The notes under the pieces: model-generated
Told to the model about the DNA's origin: nothing
Database searches by the model: none
What the model saw: the letters and a program-made list of their open reading frames with translations, nothing else
Made by a program: the position numbers and the translations under genes
Part shown: in pieces, positions 28,280 through 38,389 of the stretch
Numbering within the stretch: the stretch's first letter is position 1
How the letters are laid out: each line of letters opens with the position of its first letter
Source of the DNA: Sphingomonas paucimobilis
GTDB taxonomy: Bacteria; Pseudomonadota; Alphaproteobacteria; Sphingomonadales; Sphingomonadaceae
DNA: 64,000 bases
NCBI GenBank assembly: GCA_036946325.1
Contig: JAQIJL010000001.1
Location: forward strand, 1,578,630-1,642,629
Direction: 5' to 3'

Positions 28280-29779
28280 ATGACTAGCATTACCGACCAC
28301 CGCCCTCGTTTCGCCCGCCTTGCGCGCCGCGCGCTGCTGGCCGGCATCGCGCTGACCGGCGCGACTGCCGCCATGGCGCAGGTGACGCCGCCGCCGGTCG
28401 TACCGACGCTGCCGACGACCGCGCCGATGGTGCAGCCGATCCCGGCTGCCGCCCCCCTGCCGACGCTGACCGCGGCGCAGGAAAGCGAACTGTCCCGGCT
28501 GCTGGCCCGCGACGCGGTGGCACAGGGACTGAAAGATCGCGAACCGTCGCTGGCCGGGCTGACCGGGCCGGCATTGGTCCGCGCCGCGCTGGACCATGCC
28601 CATGCGGTGCGCGCCGGGCGGCTGGACAGCGGCGATTTCCAGAAGGACTGGGCGATGCGTCCGCAGTCGTTCGACCCGATGCCCTCGTTCCGCGATGCCG
28701 TCGCCAAGGACAGGCTGGCGGCATGGGTCGCCTCGCTGCCGCCGCCCTATGCCGGCTACGACACGCTGGTCGCGGGCCTTGGCCGCTATCGCAAGATCCA
28801 GGCGAATGGCGGCTGGCCGACGATCGGTGCCGGGTCCGAGATGCGGCTGGGCGGCAAAGGCCCGCAGGTCGCGGCGCTGCGCAAGCGGCTGGCGATCGAG
28901 GATATCGACCTGTCGCCGACCGGCGACACGTTCGATCAGGCGCTGCTCGACGCGGTGCGTCGCGCCCAGCGTCGCTACGGCCTGAACCCCGCCGGTCAGG
29001 TCGGCGGGCAGACCGTCGCGTCGCTGAACGTGCCGGTCGGTGAGCGGATCAAGCAGATCAAGGCGAATATGGAGCGGTGGCGCTGGCTGCCGACCGAGCT
29101 GGAAAAGAATCGCATTCAGGTGAACATCGCCGCGGCCGTGCTGACGGTGTTCGACGGCGATCAGCCGGTGACGTCGATGAAGGCGGTGACCGGCCGTCCG
29201 GGCGACGAGACGCCGATGCTGACCTCGACGATCCATTCGATCGTGCTCAATCCGCCATGGAACGTGCCGTCGTCGATCGCCGACAAGGAATTGTGGCCGA
29301 AGGAGCGGGCGAACCCCGGCTATCTGAAGCGAAACGGTTTCCGCGTGATCGAGACGGAGGGCGGCGGGCGTCGGCTGCAACAGGCGTCGGAAAACAGCGC
29401 GCTCGGCCGGTTCAAGTTCGATTTCGACAATCCGTTCGCGGTCTATCTGCACGACACGCCGGCACAGGCCGGGTTCGCCAAGTTCGACCGTCTTGCCAGC
29501 CATGGCTGCGTCCGGTTGGAAAAGCCCGAGGATCTGGCGCGGCTGCTGCTGCGGACCACGCCCGACTGGCCGGATACGCAGATCGACTCGACGCTGGCAT
29601 CGGGCAAGACGGTGCGGGCGAAGGTCGCCGATCCGGTGAAGGTGTATCTGCTGTACTGGACCGCGTTCGCGACGCCCAACGGCACGATGAGCTTCCGCGA
29701 GGATCCGTATAAATGGGACGGCGTGCTGGCGAACAAGATCGCCGCGCGCGCCGAAGCCAGCCAGTTGGCGGCTCGATAA
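28280..29779 (+). CDS. L,D-transpeptidase (YcbB/LdtD-like, with peptidoglycan-binding domain)
   Basis: NMERWRWLP, VNIAAA, NPPWNVP, NALGRFKF, VYLHDTP, SHGCVRL. Confidence 0.93.
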   Translation: MTSITDHRPRFARLARRALLAGIALTGATAAMAQVTPPPVVPTLPTTAPMVQPIPAAAPLPTLTAAQESELSRLLARDAVAQGLKDREPSLAGLTGPALVRAALDHAHAVRAGRLDSGDFQKDWAMRPQSFDPMPSFRDAVAKDRLAAWVASLPPPYAGYDTLVAGLGRYRKIQANGGWPTIGAGSEMRLGGKGPQVAALRKRLAIEDIDLSPTGDTFDQALLDAVRRAQRRYGLNPAGQVGGQTVASLNVPVGERIKQIKANMERWRWLPTELEKNRIQVNIAAAVLTVFDGDQPVTSMKAVTGRPGDETPMLTSTIHSIVLNPPWNVPSSIADKELWPKERANPGYLKRNGFRVIETEGGGRRLQQASENSALGRFKFDFDNPFAVYLHDTPAQAGFAKFDRLASHGCVRLEKPEDLARLLLRTTPDWPDTQIDSTLASGKTVRAKVADPVKVYLLYWTAFATPNGTMSFREDPYKWDGVLANKIAARAEASQLAAR

Positions 29780-29783
29780 GGGG

Positions 29784-30152
29784 ATGGTGATGAAGAACGG
29801 ATGGCGCGTGGCGCTGCTGGCCGGCAGCGGCCTGTTGCTGGCGACGGGCCTTGGCGCCTGCTCGAACGACAATGTCGACGAGGCGCCGATCGAGAACAGC
29901 GCGTTCGACGAGGATGCGCCTCCTCCGACCCCGCTGCCCGAAGCGACGATCGAGCCTGCGCCGGTGATTACCGAGAATCTGTCGGCACCGGCGCCGGTCG
30001 ACGATCTGCCCCCGCCCCCTCCGGTCGAGCCGGACCAGCAGGTACTGGACGACGCGTCCGCCACCGGCATGACGTCGCGTTCGACGCGTGGTCAGGAAAG
30101 CAGCGACGACGCTCCGGTCGACGACGCGATGTCGAACCAGCAGGGGGAATAA
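29784..30152 (+). CDS. Small acidic Pro-rich lipoprotein
   Basis: Lipobox LGAC, low-complexity D/E/P body, RBS GGGG. Starts 4 nt after the LDT stop. Confidence 0.8.
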   Translation: MVMKNGWRVALLAGSGLLLATGLGACSNDNVDEAPIENSAFDEDAPPPTPLPEATIEPAPVITENLSAPAPVDDLPPPPPVEPDQQVLDDASATGMTSRSTRGQESSDDAPVDDAMSNQQGE

Positions 30153-30163
30153 GGCGAGCGGTA

Positions 30164-30190
30164 GGGAGCCGGGCGATAGGTTCGGCTCCC
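30164..30190 (+). terminator. Hairpin after the lipoprotein gene
   Basis: GGGAGCCG/CGGCTCCC stem followed by a weakly T-rich tract. Confidence 0.5.
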
Positions 30191-30222
30191 GCGTCGTTAT
30201 TCTTCACTTCCCGTCGTAACTA

Positions 30223-30305
30223 CGTCACCCCTGAACCGATCGGGGGTCCCGCTTTACTACTGCGGGCGAGAAGAAGCGGGACCCTGGACCAAGTCCTGGG
30301 CGACA
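30223..30305. repeat. CGTC-type REP dimer (degenerate; same subfamily as 54212 and 59957)
   Basis: cgtcacccctg...gggggtcccgc...aagaagcgggaccctggaccaagtcctgggcgac. Confidence 0.7.
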
Positions 30306-30391
30306 CGTGATCGAAGAGTGACAGGTCCTTTCGAAACGATCCGCAATACGGCAACGCCGCCAGATCAGCATCAAGCAACGTCCCAAACCAC

Positions 30392-30574
30392 TCAGGCAGC
30401 CTGCGCAGCCCCCTCGGTCGGCACGGCCGGCGCATAGGCGCGGTCGAGATACAGGTTCGCCAGTTCGTAATGCGCGCTGACGACCTGTTCATGGTCGGCC
30501 TGCTGCGCCAGTTCCAACTGCTGTTCGGCACGACGCACGAAGTAGGACATTTCGTCCGGACCAATCGAAGACAC
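30392..30574 (-). CDS. Small hypothetical protein (60 aa)
   Basis: GAGAGG RBS. Helical sequence YFVRRAEQQLELAQQA...AHYELANLYL resembles small proteins I associate with sphingomonads. Confidence 0.7.
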   Translation of the reverse strand: MSSIGPDEMSYFVRRAEQQLELAQQADHEQVVSAHYELANLYLDRAYAPAVPTEGAAQAA

Positions 30575-30741
30575 GACAACCTCTCAAGGACGTTCAACCG
30601 CCCGTTTATACTAACCCGCCCGGCGATACCGGACGTGCCATCAACGCACAACGGATGCCGGGGATGCGTGTCGCCGTAAATTCTGACGCCGTGATGACAC
30701 CGCCAGCCGCACCGAAAATACGGCAAGCGGCACCGCATCGA

Positions 30742-31005
30742 TCACATACGACGGTGTTTGCCGCCATACCGCCCGCCGATATAGGCGCCCAGCCGGTTCA
30801 TCTCGCTGGCCGCGCCGATCGCCGCGTCGCTCTGGCATGGCAGGGGATCATGGTCGTGGTCGGCGGCGCGGCTGGCGACCTTGGCGGCCAGCTCCTCGAT
30901 ATCCGCGCGCGACAACAGGTTCTTTTCGCGCAGGAGACATAGCAGGCTCTGCAGGATCACCATGCTCTTCTCGCCGGCGGCATCGCACGGTTCGATCGGA
31001 TTCAT
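30742..31005 (-). CDS. Small hypothetical protein (87 aa)
   Basis: Strong AGGAG RBS before ATG 31005 and protein-like sequence. Confidence 0.7.
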   Translation of the reverse strand: MNPIEPCDAAGEKSMVILQSLLCLLREKNLLSRADIEELAAKVASRAADHDHDPLPCQSDAAIGAASEMNRLGAYIGGRYGGKHRRM

Positions 31006-31039
31006 CGTTCCTCTCCTTATGGTTATACAGGAGAGCATA

Positions 31040-31088
31040 TGCCGATCCTGCCCGGACGCAAGGGGGGGTGCGTCGGGTCAGGATCGGC
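31040..31088 (-). terminator. Hairpin after the RND outer-membrane factor gene
   Basis: gccgatcctg-cccggacgca pairs with tgcgtc-gggt-caggatcggc around a G7 loop. Confidence 0.6.
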
Positions 31089-31113
31089 GGCATGTTGCGC
31101 GAGGGACCGGCGG

Positions 31114-32589
31114 TTAGTTCAGCCCGCCCCCCAGCGTCCGGTACAGCGTGACCAGATTGGTCGCCCGCGCCAGCCGGGTCTGCACCAGCGTCTGCCGCGC
31201 GGCATAGCTGGTCCGCTGCGCATCCAGCGTGTTGAGGAACGAGTCGATCCCGGCACGATAGCGCGCGTCCGACAGCCGCTGCGCGGTCGCGGCCGATTGC
31301 GCGCGGGCGGTCTGCGCGGACAACTGCTCGCCGATCGTACCGCGCGTCGCCAACGCGTCGGCCACTTCGCGGAACGCGGTCTGGAGCGTGCCTTCATAGG
31401 TCGCGACCGCCGCCAGCTGCTGCGCACGCGCCACCTCGACATTGCCGCGCCGCTGGCCACCGTCGAACAGCGGCAGCGCCACCCCGGGCGACACGGAGAA
31501 GTTTTGCGTCCCCGCCCCGAACAGTCCGCCCAGCGCGGTGCTGATCGTGCCCAGCGTCGCGGTCAGCGAAATGGTCGGGAACAGCGCCGCGCGCGCCGCG
31601 CCGATATTGGCGTTGGCGGCATAAAGGCGGCGTTCGGCCTGCAACACGTCGGGGCGGCGCAGCAGGACCGTCGAGGACACGCCGGTCGGCAGGTTGGACA
31701 GGATCAGGTCGCGTTCGCCCAGTTCGGTCGGCAGCTGTTCGACCGGCACGGTGGTGCCGGCGAGCAGGTTGATCGCATTCTGATCCTGCGCAATCTGCGC
31801 GGTCAGTGCAGCGATGTCGTTGCGCGCCTGCTGATAGCTGGTCTCCGCCTGCTGCACCTCCAGTTCGGAGATGACGCCTACCCGGAACTGGGCGCGGGTC
31901 AGCTCCAGCGTCCGACCGAAGCTCGACAGCGTTTCGCGCGACAGGCGCAACTGGTCCTGATCCGCCGCCATGGTCACCCATGCCGTCGCGACTTCACCGA
32001 TCAGCGCGATGCGGGCGGCGCGCTGCGCCTCTTCGGTCGCGAAATATTCCTGCAACGCCGCCTGGCTGAGGTTGCGCACCCGACCGAACAGGTCGAGTTC
32101 GAAGGCGGAGAAGCCGACCGACGCCTGATAGATTTCGAGGTTGCCGGTCTGCGCCGGCACGCCGCCCACGCCCCCGGCACCCCCTGCTCCGCCAGCCCCG
32201 CCGGCACCACCCAGCGCGCCGAACGGGTTGTTGGTAAAGGTGACGCCGCCATTGGCGGCGGTCGTCGGCACCTGGCTGGCGCGGGTCACGCGGTACTGTG
32301 CGCGGGCGGCGAGCACATTGGCCGCCGTCACGCGGTAATCGCGGTTGTTTTCCAGCGCCGTCGCGATCACGCTCTGCAACCGCGGATCGACGAAGAAGTC
32401 GCGATAGCCGATCCGGGTCAGGTCGACCTGTTCGGCACCCAGCGCCGGATACGGCCCGCCCTGCGGCAGGGTCAGCGGGATCGCCCCCTCCGGCCGGACA
32501 TTCTTGGGCGCCAGATTGCACCCCGCCAGCGCGGTGGTGGCGACAAGGAGGGTCAGACTACGCAGCGTCATCACTTTGCTCATGGTCAT
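31114..32589 (-). CDS. Outer membrane efflux lipoprotein (NodT/OprM family)
   Basis: Lipobox [39 protein letters not shown]. Contains a Gly-rich insert. Confidence 0.93.
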   Translation of the reverse strand: MTMSKVMTLRSLTLLVATTALAGCNLAPKNVRPEGAIPLTLPQGGPYPALGAEQVDLTRIGYRDFFVDPRLQSVIATALENNRDYRVTAANVLAARAQYRVTRASQVPTTAANGGVTFTNNPFGALGGAGGAGGAGGAGGVGGVPAQTGNLEIYQASVGFSAFELDLFGRVRNLSQAALQEYFATEEAQRAARIALIGEVATAWVTMAADQDQLRLSRETLSSFGRTLELTRAQFRVGVISELEVQQAETSYQQARNDIAALTAQIAQDQNAINLLAGTTVPVEQLPTELGERDLILSNLPTGVSSTVLLRRPDVLQAERRLYAANANIGAARAALFPTISLTATLGTISTALGGLFGAGTQNFSVSPGVALPLFDGGQRRGNVEVARAQQLAAVATYEGTLQTAFREVADALATRGTIGEQLSAQTARAQSAATAQRLSDARYRAGIDSFLNTLDAQRTSYAARQTLVQTRLARATNLVTLYRTLGGGLN

Positions 32590-35500
32590 GCCCCCTGCGG
32601 CGCGGGTTCGCCGCCATCGGAGGACCGGTTGCCGCCATCGGGTTCGACATCGTCGTTCGCGGACGGCCGGTTGGCGGACGGAGTGTCCTTGCCGCCGTGC
32701 CCGAACAGGCGCAGCACGACGACGAAGAACATCGGTACGAAGAAGATCGCGAGGACCGTCGCCGACAACATGCCGCCGACCACCGCCCGGCCGATCGCAT
32801 TCTGACCACCGGCACCCGCGCCGGTGCTGACCGCCAGTGGCAGCACGCCGAACACGAAGGCGAGCGAGGTCATCAGGATCGGTCGCAGACGCAGCCGTGC
32901 CGCCTCCACCGCCGCCTCGACCGGCCCCATGCCGTCACCCATCCGTTCCTCGGCGAACTCGACGATCAGGATCGCGTTCTTCGCCGACACGCCGATGGTC
33001 GTGATCAGACCGACCTGCAGATAGATGTCGTTGTTCAGACCCGTAAGCCACGCCGCAAGCAGCGCACCGAGAATGCCCAGCGGCACCACCAGCATGACCG
33101 AGATCGGCACCGACCAGCTTTCGTACAGCGCGGCGAGGCACAGGAACACGATCAGCAGCGACAGGGCGTAGAGCGCCGGCGCCTGACCACCCGACAGCCG
33201 TTCCTCGAACGACAGCCCGGTCCATTCGAGCGCGGTGCCCGGCGGCAGCTTGGCATGGATTTCCTCCATCGCCTCCATCGCCGCCCCGGTGCTCAGACCC
33301 GGTCCGGGTGCGCCCTGCAGCTGCATCGCCGACTGCCCGTTATAGCGGGTCAGCGAAACGGGCGCATTGGCCCATTCCAGCGTCGAGAAGGCGGTGAACG
33401 GCACCATCTGCCCGGTGGCATTACGGACATACAGGTCGCCGACATCCTCCGGCGCCAGCCGGTAGGGGGCATCGGCCTGGATATATACCCGCTTCACGCG
33501 ACCGCGATCGATGAAGTCGTTGATATAGCCACCGCCCCATGCGGTCGCGATCGTCGAGTTGACGTCGGCCAGATCGAGACCCAGCGCGCGCGCCTTGTCC
33601 TCGTCGATATTGACCTTGAGCTGCGGCGCATCCTCGAGGCTGAGCGGACGCACCTGTGCCACGCGCGGGTCCTGCGACGCCATGCCCAGCATCATGTTGC
33701 GCGCCTGTACCAGCCGTTCATGACCGATGCCGCCGGTATCGACCAGCTGCACGTCGAAGCCCGTGGCATTGCCCAGCTCCTGTACCGCCGGCGGGACCAA
33801 GGCGAAGACCATGCCGTCCTTATACTGGCTGAACGCCCCCATCGCCCGGCCGACGATCGCCTGCGCCTTGTTCTCGGCGCCGCTGCGGTCCTCCCACGGC
33901 TTGAGGTTGACGAACACCAGACCGGCATTCTGCCCCTGCCCAGCAAAGCTGAAGCCGTTGATGGTGAAGACGCCCGCGACGTTGCCGCTTTCCTGCTTCA
34001 GGAAATGGTCGCGGACCAGCGTCAGCCCCTTGTCGGTACGGCTGCTCGTCGCACCCGCCGGCCCCTGGACCAGCGCCAGCACCGTGCCCTGATCCTCGTC
34101 GGGCAGGAAGCCCGAGGGCAGGCGCGTGAACACGAACACCATGCCGCCGACGATCAGCAGATAGACCAGCATCGAGCGTTTCCAGTTGCGCGTGGTGCGC
34201 CGGACGCCGCCTTCATATTTGTGCTGCCCGCGTTCGAACCGGTCGTTGAACCAGCGGAAGAAGCGCGCCAGCAGGCCATTGCCCTGCTCGTGCTTGTGCG
34301 GATCGTGCGGTTTGAGGATCGTCGCGCACAGCGCCGGGGTGAGGATCAGCGCGACCATCACCGACAGCACCATCGCCGACACGATCGTGATCGAGAACTG
34401 GCGATAGATGACGCCGGTCGATCCGCCGAAGAACGCCATGGGCAGGAACACCGCCGACAGGACAAGGCCGATGCCCACCAGCGCGCCGGTGATCTCGTCC
34501 ATCGACTTGCGCGCCGCTTCCCGTGGCGACAGCCCCTCGGTCTGGATCAGGCGTTCGACGTTTTCGACGACGACGATCGCGTCGTCGACCAGCAGGCCGA
34601 TCGCCAGCACCATGCCGAACAGCGTCAGCGTGTTGATGGTGAAGCCCGCGACCGCCATCACCCCGAAGGTGCCGAGCAGCACGACCGGGACCGCGATGGT
34701 CGGGATGATCGTCGCCCGCCAGTTCTGGAGGAACAGGAACATGACGAGGAAGACGAGCACCACCGCTTCGATCAGCGTGTGGATGACCTGTTCGACCGAC
34801 AGGCGGACGAACGGGGTCGTGTCGTACGGATAGATGACCTTCACGTCGCCCGGCAGGCCGCGACCGATTTCCTCGGCGCGCTGCTTGACCAGTTCGACCG
34901 TGTCGAGCGCATTGGCACCGGCCGCCAGTCGAACGCCGAAGCCCGAGGCGGGCTTGCCGTTATACTGCACGTCGAAGCCGTAATTCTCGGCACCCAGCTC
35001 GACCCGCGCGACATCGCCCAGCCGGACGACCGCGCCGCTGGCGTCCGTCTTCAGGCGGATATTGGCGAATTGCTCGGGCGTCTGCAGGCGCGACTGGACG
35101 CTGACCGTCGCGTTCAGCATCTGCTCCTTGGGCGCCGGCTGCGCGCCGATCTGACCCGCCGAGACCTGTGCGTTCTGCGACTGCACCGCCGCCGTCACAT
35201 CGGCGACGGTCAGCTGATAGCTGTTGAGCTTGATCGGATCGAGCCAGATGCGCATCGCATATTGCGCACCGAACACCTGCAATTCGCCGACCCCGCTCAC
35301 GCGGCTGATCGGATCCTGGAACTGCGACACGACCATGTCCGACAGGTCGTTGTTGGTGTGCGATCCGTCGGTCGACACGAGGCCGACGACCAGCAAGAAG
35401 CTGGCGGCGGACTTGGTGACCTGCATCCCCTGGCGCTGGACCTCCTGCGGCAACAGCGGCGTCGCCGCCTGCAACTTGTTCTGGACCTGCACCTGCGCGA

Positions 35501-35804
35501 TGTCGGGATCGGTACCCTGTTCGAACGTCAGCGTGATCGTCACCGTCCCCGCCGAGGAGGACGAGGACGAGAAGTAGCGGAGGTTGTCGATGCCCTTGAG
35601 CTGCTGCTCGATGATCTGGGTCGTCGTGCGCTCCAGCGTCTCGGCATCCGCACCCGGATAGGTGGCGGTGATCGCGACGGCGGGCGGCGCGATTTCCGGG
35701 AACTGGGCGATCGGCAGGCTGCGGATCGCGATCGCGCCGGCCAGCATCATGACGATGGCGATGACCCATGCGAAGATGGGCCGGTCGATGAAATACCGGG
35801 ACAT
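32586..35804 (-). CDS. RND efflux permease (AcrB/MexB family)
   Basis: [51 protein letters not shown]. Confidence 0.97.
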   Translation of the reverse strand: MSRYFIDRPIFAWVIAIVMMLAGAIAIRSLPIAQFPEIAPPAVAITATYPGADAETLERTTTQIIEQQLKGIDNLRYFSSSSSSAGTVTITLTFEQGTDPDIAQVQVQNKLQAATPLLPQEVQRQGMQVTKSAASFLLVVGLVSTDGSHTNNDLSDMVVSQFQDPISRVSGVGELQVFGAQYAMRIWLDPIKLNSYQLTVADVTAAVQSQNAQVSAGQIGAQPAPKEQMLNATVSVQSRLQTPEQFANIRLKTDASGAVVRLGDVARVELGAENYGFDVQYNGKPASGFGVRLAAGANALDTVELVKQRAEEIGRGLPGDVKVIYPYDTTPFVRLSVEQVIHTLIEAVVLVFLVMFLFLQNWRATIIPTIAVPVVLLGTFGVMAVAGFTINTLTLFGMVLAIGLLVDDAIVVVENVERLIQTEGLSPREAARKSMDEITGALVGIGLVLSAVFLPMAFFGGSTGVIYRQFSITIVSAMVLSVMVALILTPALCATILKPHDPHKHEQGNGLLARFFRWFNDRFERGQHKYEGGVRRTTRNWKRSMLVYLLIVGGMVFVFTRLPSGFLPDEDQGTVLALVQGPAGATSSRTDKGLTLVRDHFLKQESGNVAGVFTINGFSFAGQGQNAGLVFVNLKPWEDRSGAENKAQAIVGRAMGAFSQYKDGMVFALVPPAVQELGNATGFDVQLVDTGGIGHERLVQARNMMLGMASQDPRVAQVRPLSLEDAPQLKVNIDEDKARALGLDLADVNSTIATAWGGGYINDFIDRGRVKRVYIQADAPYRLAPEDVGDLYVRNATGQMVPFTAFSTLEWANAPVSLTRYNGQSAMQLQGAPGPGLSTGAAMEAMEEIHAKLPPGTALEWTGLSFEERLSGGQAPALYALSLLIVFLCLAALYESWSVPISVMLVVPLGILGALLAAWLTGLNNDIYLQVGLITTIGVSAKNAILIVEFAEERMGDGMGPVEAAVEAARLRLRPILMTSLAFVFGVLPLAVSTGAGAGGQNAIGRAVVGGMLSATVLAIFFVPMFFVVVLRLFGHGGKDTPSANRPSANDDVEPDGGNRSSDGGEPAPQGA

Positions 35805-35810
35805 GGCTGG

Positions 35811-37016
35811 TTACTTCGCCTGTGCCTGGGGGCCGCCGGCCGGGGCGGCACCCTGCGGCGCCTGCCCCCCGGCCTGACCTTCGGCCTCCGGCTTCCACGG
35901 ATAGCCCTTTACCGGGGTGCCCGGCTGGAGCATCTGCGCACCCTCGATCACGACCTTGTCGCCCGGTTGCAGCCCGCCGGTCACCAGCCACTGGTCGCCC
36001 ACGGTCCGGCTGGTGGTGAGCGGACGCGGGGCCAGCTTGCCATCGGCGCCGATCACGAGGACGGTCGCCGCCCCCTTCGGATCGCGCGTCACCGCACGCT
36101 GCGGCACGAGCATGCCGTTGGCCTTCGTCCCCTCGACCAGCTGCGCACGGACATACATGCCCGGCAGCAACAGCCCGCGCGGATTGGCGAAGACCGCGCG
36201 GATCGCCTGCGTGCCGGTCGCCGGATCGACGGTGACGTCGGTGAACTTCAGCGTCCCCTCGACCGGATAGGTGCTGCCATCCTCCAGCTTCAGCCGGACG
36301 CGTGCCGCACCCGATCCGCGCGACAGGTCGCCGTCCATGATCTGCTGGCGCAGCTTCAACAGGTCGGCGCTCGACTGCTGGATGTCGACATAGATCGGGT
36401 CGAGCCGCTGGATCGTCGCCAGCGCGTTGGTCTGCGCCGCCGACACCAGCGCGCCGGTGGTGAATACCGACCGGCCGATCCGGCCCGAGATCGGCGCGCG
36501 GATGGTGGTGCGCGACAGGTCGATCTGTGCCTGCTGCAGCGCGGCGCGCTGGGCGGCGATGTCCGCCTCGGCCTGCTGCGCGCCGGTCACCGCATTCTCA
36601 TATTCCTGCCGGCTGATCGCGTTGATCTTGACCAGTTCGCCATAGCGGCGCGCGAGGTTGCGGGTCGATGCGATCGACGCCTGCGCCCGCGTCAGCGCGG
36701 CGCGCGCGCTCGCCACCGCTGCCTGATAGGGCGACGGATCGATGCGATAGAGCGGCTGGCCCTGACGCACATAATCGCCTTCTTGGAACAGGCGGGCGAG
36801 GATCAGCCCGTTGACCTGCGGCCGGACGTCGGACGTCTCATATGGCGCGGTGCGGCCGGGCAGTTCGGTGGTCAGCGTCACCGGCTGCGACTGGACGGTC
36901 ACGAACCCGACCTGCGGCGGCCCCTGCGGCGCGCCTTGCTGCTGCTGCGACTCGCTGCCGCCTCCGCAAGCCGAAAGGATGAGCGCCAGAGCCAGTGGGG
37001 CCATGCGATTTTTCAT
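35811..37016 (-). CDS. RND periplasmic adaptor lipoprotein (AcrA/MexA family)
   Basis: Lipobox LSAC, VRPQVNG, APISGRIG, VDPATGT, LLPGMYV. Confidence 0.95.
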   Translation of the reverse strand: MKNRMAPLALALILSACGGGSESQQQQGAPQGPPQVGFVTVQSQPVTLTTELPGRTAPYETSDVRPQVNGLILARLFQEGDYVRQGQPLYRIDPSPYQAAVASARAALTRAQASIASTRNLARRYGELVKINAISRQEYENAVTGAQQAEADIAAQRAALQQAQIDLSRTTIRAPISGRIGRSVFTTGALVSAAQTNALATIQRLDPIYVDIQQSSADLLKLRQQIMDGDLSRGSGAARVRLKLEDGSTYPVEGTLKFTDVTVDPATGTQAIRAVFANPRGLLLPGMYVRAQLVEGTKANGMLVPQRAVTRDPKGAATVLVIGADGKLAPRPLTTSRTVGDQWLVTGGLQPGDKVVIEGAQMLQPGTPVKGYPWKPEAEGQAGGQAPQGAAPAGGPQAQAK

Positions 37017-37042
37017 GAACGTCCTCGACGGATGTGCTAAAC

Positions 37043-37062
37043 GTGAGTGATCGATCACTCAC
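37043..37062. promoter_or_regulatory. Perfect 20-bp palindrome, probable TetR operator
   Basis: GTGAGTGATCGATCACTCAC lies between the divergent adaptor and TetR genes. Confidence 0.8.
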
Positions 37063-37122
37063 ACTTCTCGGCGCGTACGCCGCGAATGCGAATGTGGCAA
37101 GAGGGCACAGGTGAATTGGCAG

Positions 37123-37793
37123 TGAATTTGTTGCAGTGCGGAGAGGCATGTCGCGCCAGCCGGGCGGCGGCGCGTCGCGAAAAACTGGTCAGCGTGGCCC
37201 GGCGACTGTTTGCCGAACAAGGATTTCACGGCACCGGCGTCGCCCAGCTCGCCGCCGAATCGGGCATCAAGGTCGGCCAGATCTATCGCGATTTCGCCGA
37301 TAAGGAGGCGATCGTCGCGGAAATCGTCGAAAGCGATCTCGCGATTTTCCTGAACGATCAGGACATGACCCGCGCCATCGAAACGCGCGACGTGCCCGCC
37401 CTGCGCGAATGGCTGCGCGAGTTTTTGCGCTGCGGCAGCGACGGCGAACCCGACCCCCTGTTTGCCGAGATCATGGCGGAGGCGGCGCGCAACGACCGGA
37501 TTCGCACCATCGCCCATTCGATCAACCGCAGCGTGTCCGGCGCGCTGATGCGCGTGGTTACCGCGCTCGTACCGGCGGACTCGAAAGCGGAGGCGCGCAA
37601 CCAGCTGTGCGACATGATCCTGACGATGAGTGCGGGCGTGCTGTATCGCCGGATCGGCGACCCGGATTTCGAAGAGGCCGCCACCTTTCGCCGGCTGATC
37701 GCCGTTCTCGACGCGCATATCGACGCCCTGATCGCCCCAAAACCGGACCCGATCTTCGAAAACAGCCATTGCGGTTTCGTGACGACGCAATAG
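37123..37793 (+). CDS. TetR/AcrR-family regulator
   Basis: ARRLFAEQGFHGTGVAQLAAESGIKVGQIYRDF HTH. Start uncertain (GTG near 37123 assumed). Confidence 0.88.
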
Positions 37794-37873
37794 AGTGAAG
37801 GCGCGCACTCCCTTGCGCAGCCGTTGCAGGCCCCGTCCGGACCACCGGGCGGGGCTTGTCGGTTCGGCGGTCG

Positions 37874-38389
37874 TCATGTGAGGCTCCGTTCGAGCACGAC
37901 GAACGACAACGGTACGCGCGGCAACCCGAAGCGCGGGTCGTCCATCGGGAACGGCCGGGTTTCTCCGGTCCGGGCATAGCCCAGCCTTTCGTACCACGCG
38001 ATCAGTTCGCCGCGCACGGCAATGACCGTCATCTCCATTCGACTGGCACCGTGATGCGCGCGAGCATGGTCCTCCGCCGCCGCGACCAGCCGCCGCCCGA
38101 GTCCCTTCGCCTGGCCATCGGGCCGGACCGACAACAGCCCCAGTGCCGAGCGGCCGGCGCTGGCGCTCTTCACCTCGACACAACCGGTCATCGCATCGCC
38201 GTCCAGCGCGATCAGGATGGTGCGGTCGGGATCGGCGATCGCTTCGCCCAGCGCCGCCGGATCGGTCCGCTGCCCGCCCAGCAGATCGGCCTCATGCGTC
38301 CAGCCACCCCGCGCGCTGTCGCCGCGAAAGGCCGACTCGACCAATGCGTGCAGCGCGGGAATGTCCGCCGGGGTGGCAGGCCGGATCAT
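37874..38389 (-). CDS. GNAT N-acetyltransferase
   Basis: LSVRPDGQAKGLGRRL, LIAWYERLGY. The start overlaps the OMF stop. Confidence 0.9.
   Translation of the reverse strand: MIRPATPADIPALHALVESAFRGDSARGGWTHEADLLGGQRTDPAALGEAIADPDRTILIALDGDAMTGCVEVKSASAGRSALGLLSVRPDGQAKGLGRRLVAAAEDHARAHHGASRMEMTVIAVRGELIAWYERLGYARTGETRPFPMDDPRFGLPRVPLSFVVLERSLT

Noticed and set aside
32298-37040. 1580-aa plus-strand ORF and many other long antisense ORFs
   Set aside because: They are shadows of real genes in high-GC DNA: Arg/Ala/Gly-rich, with no motifs or RBS.
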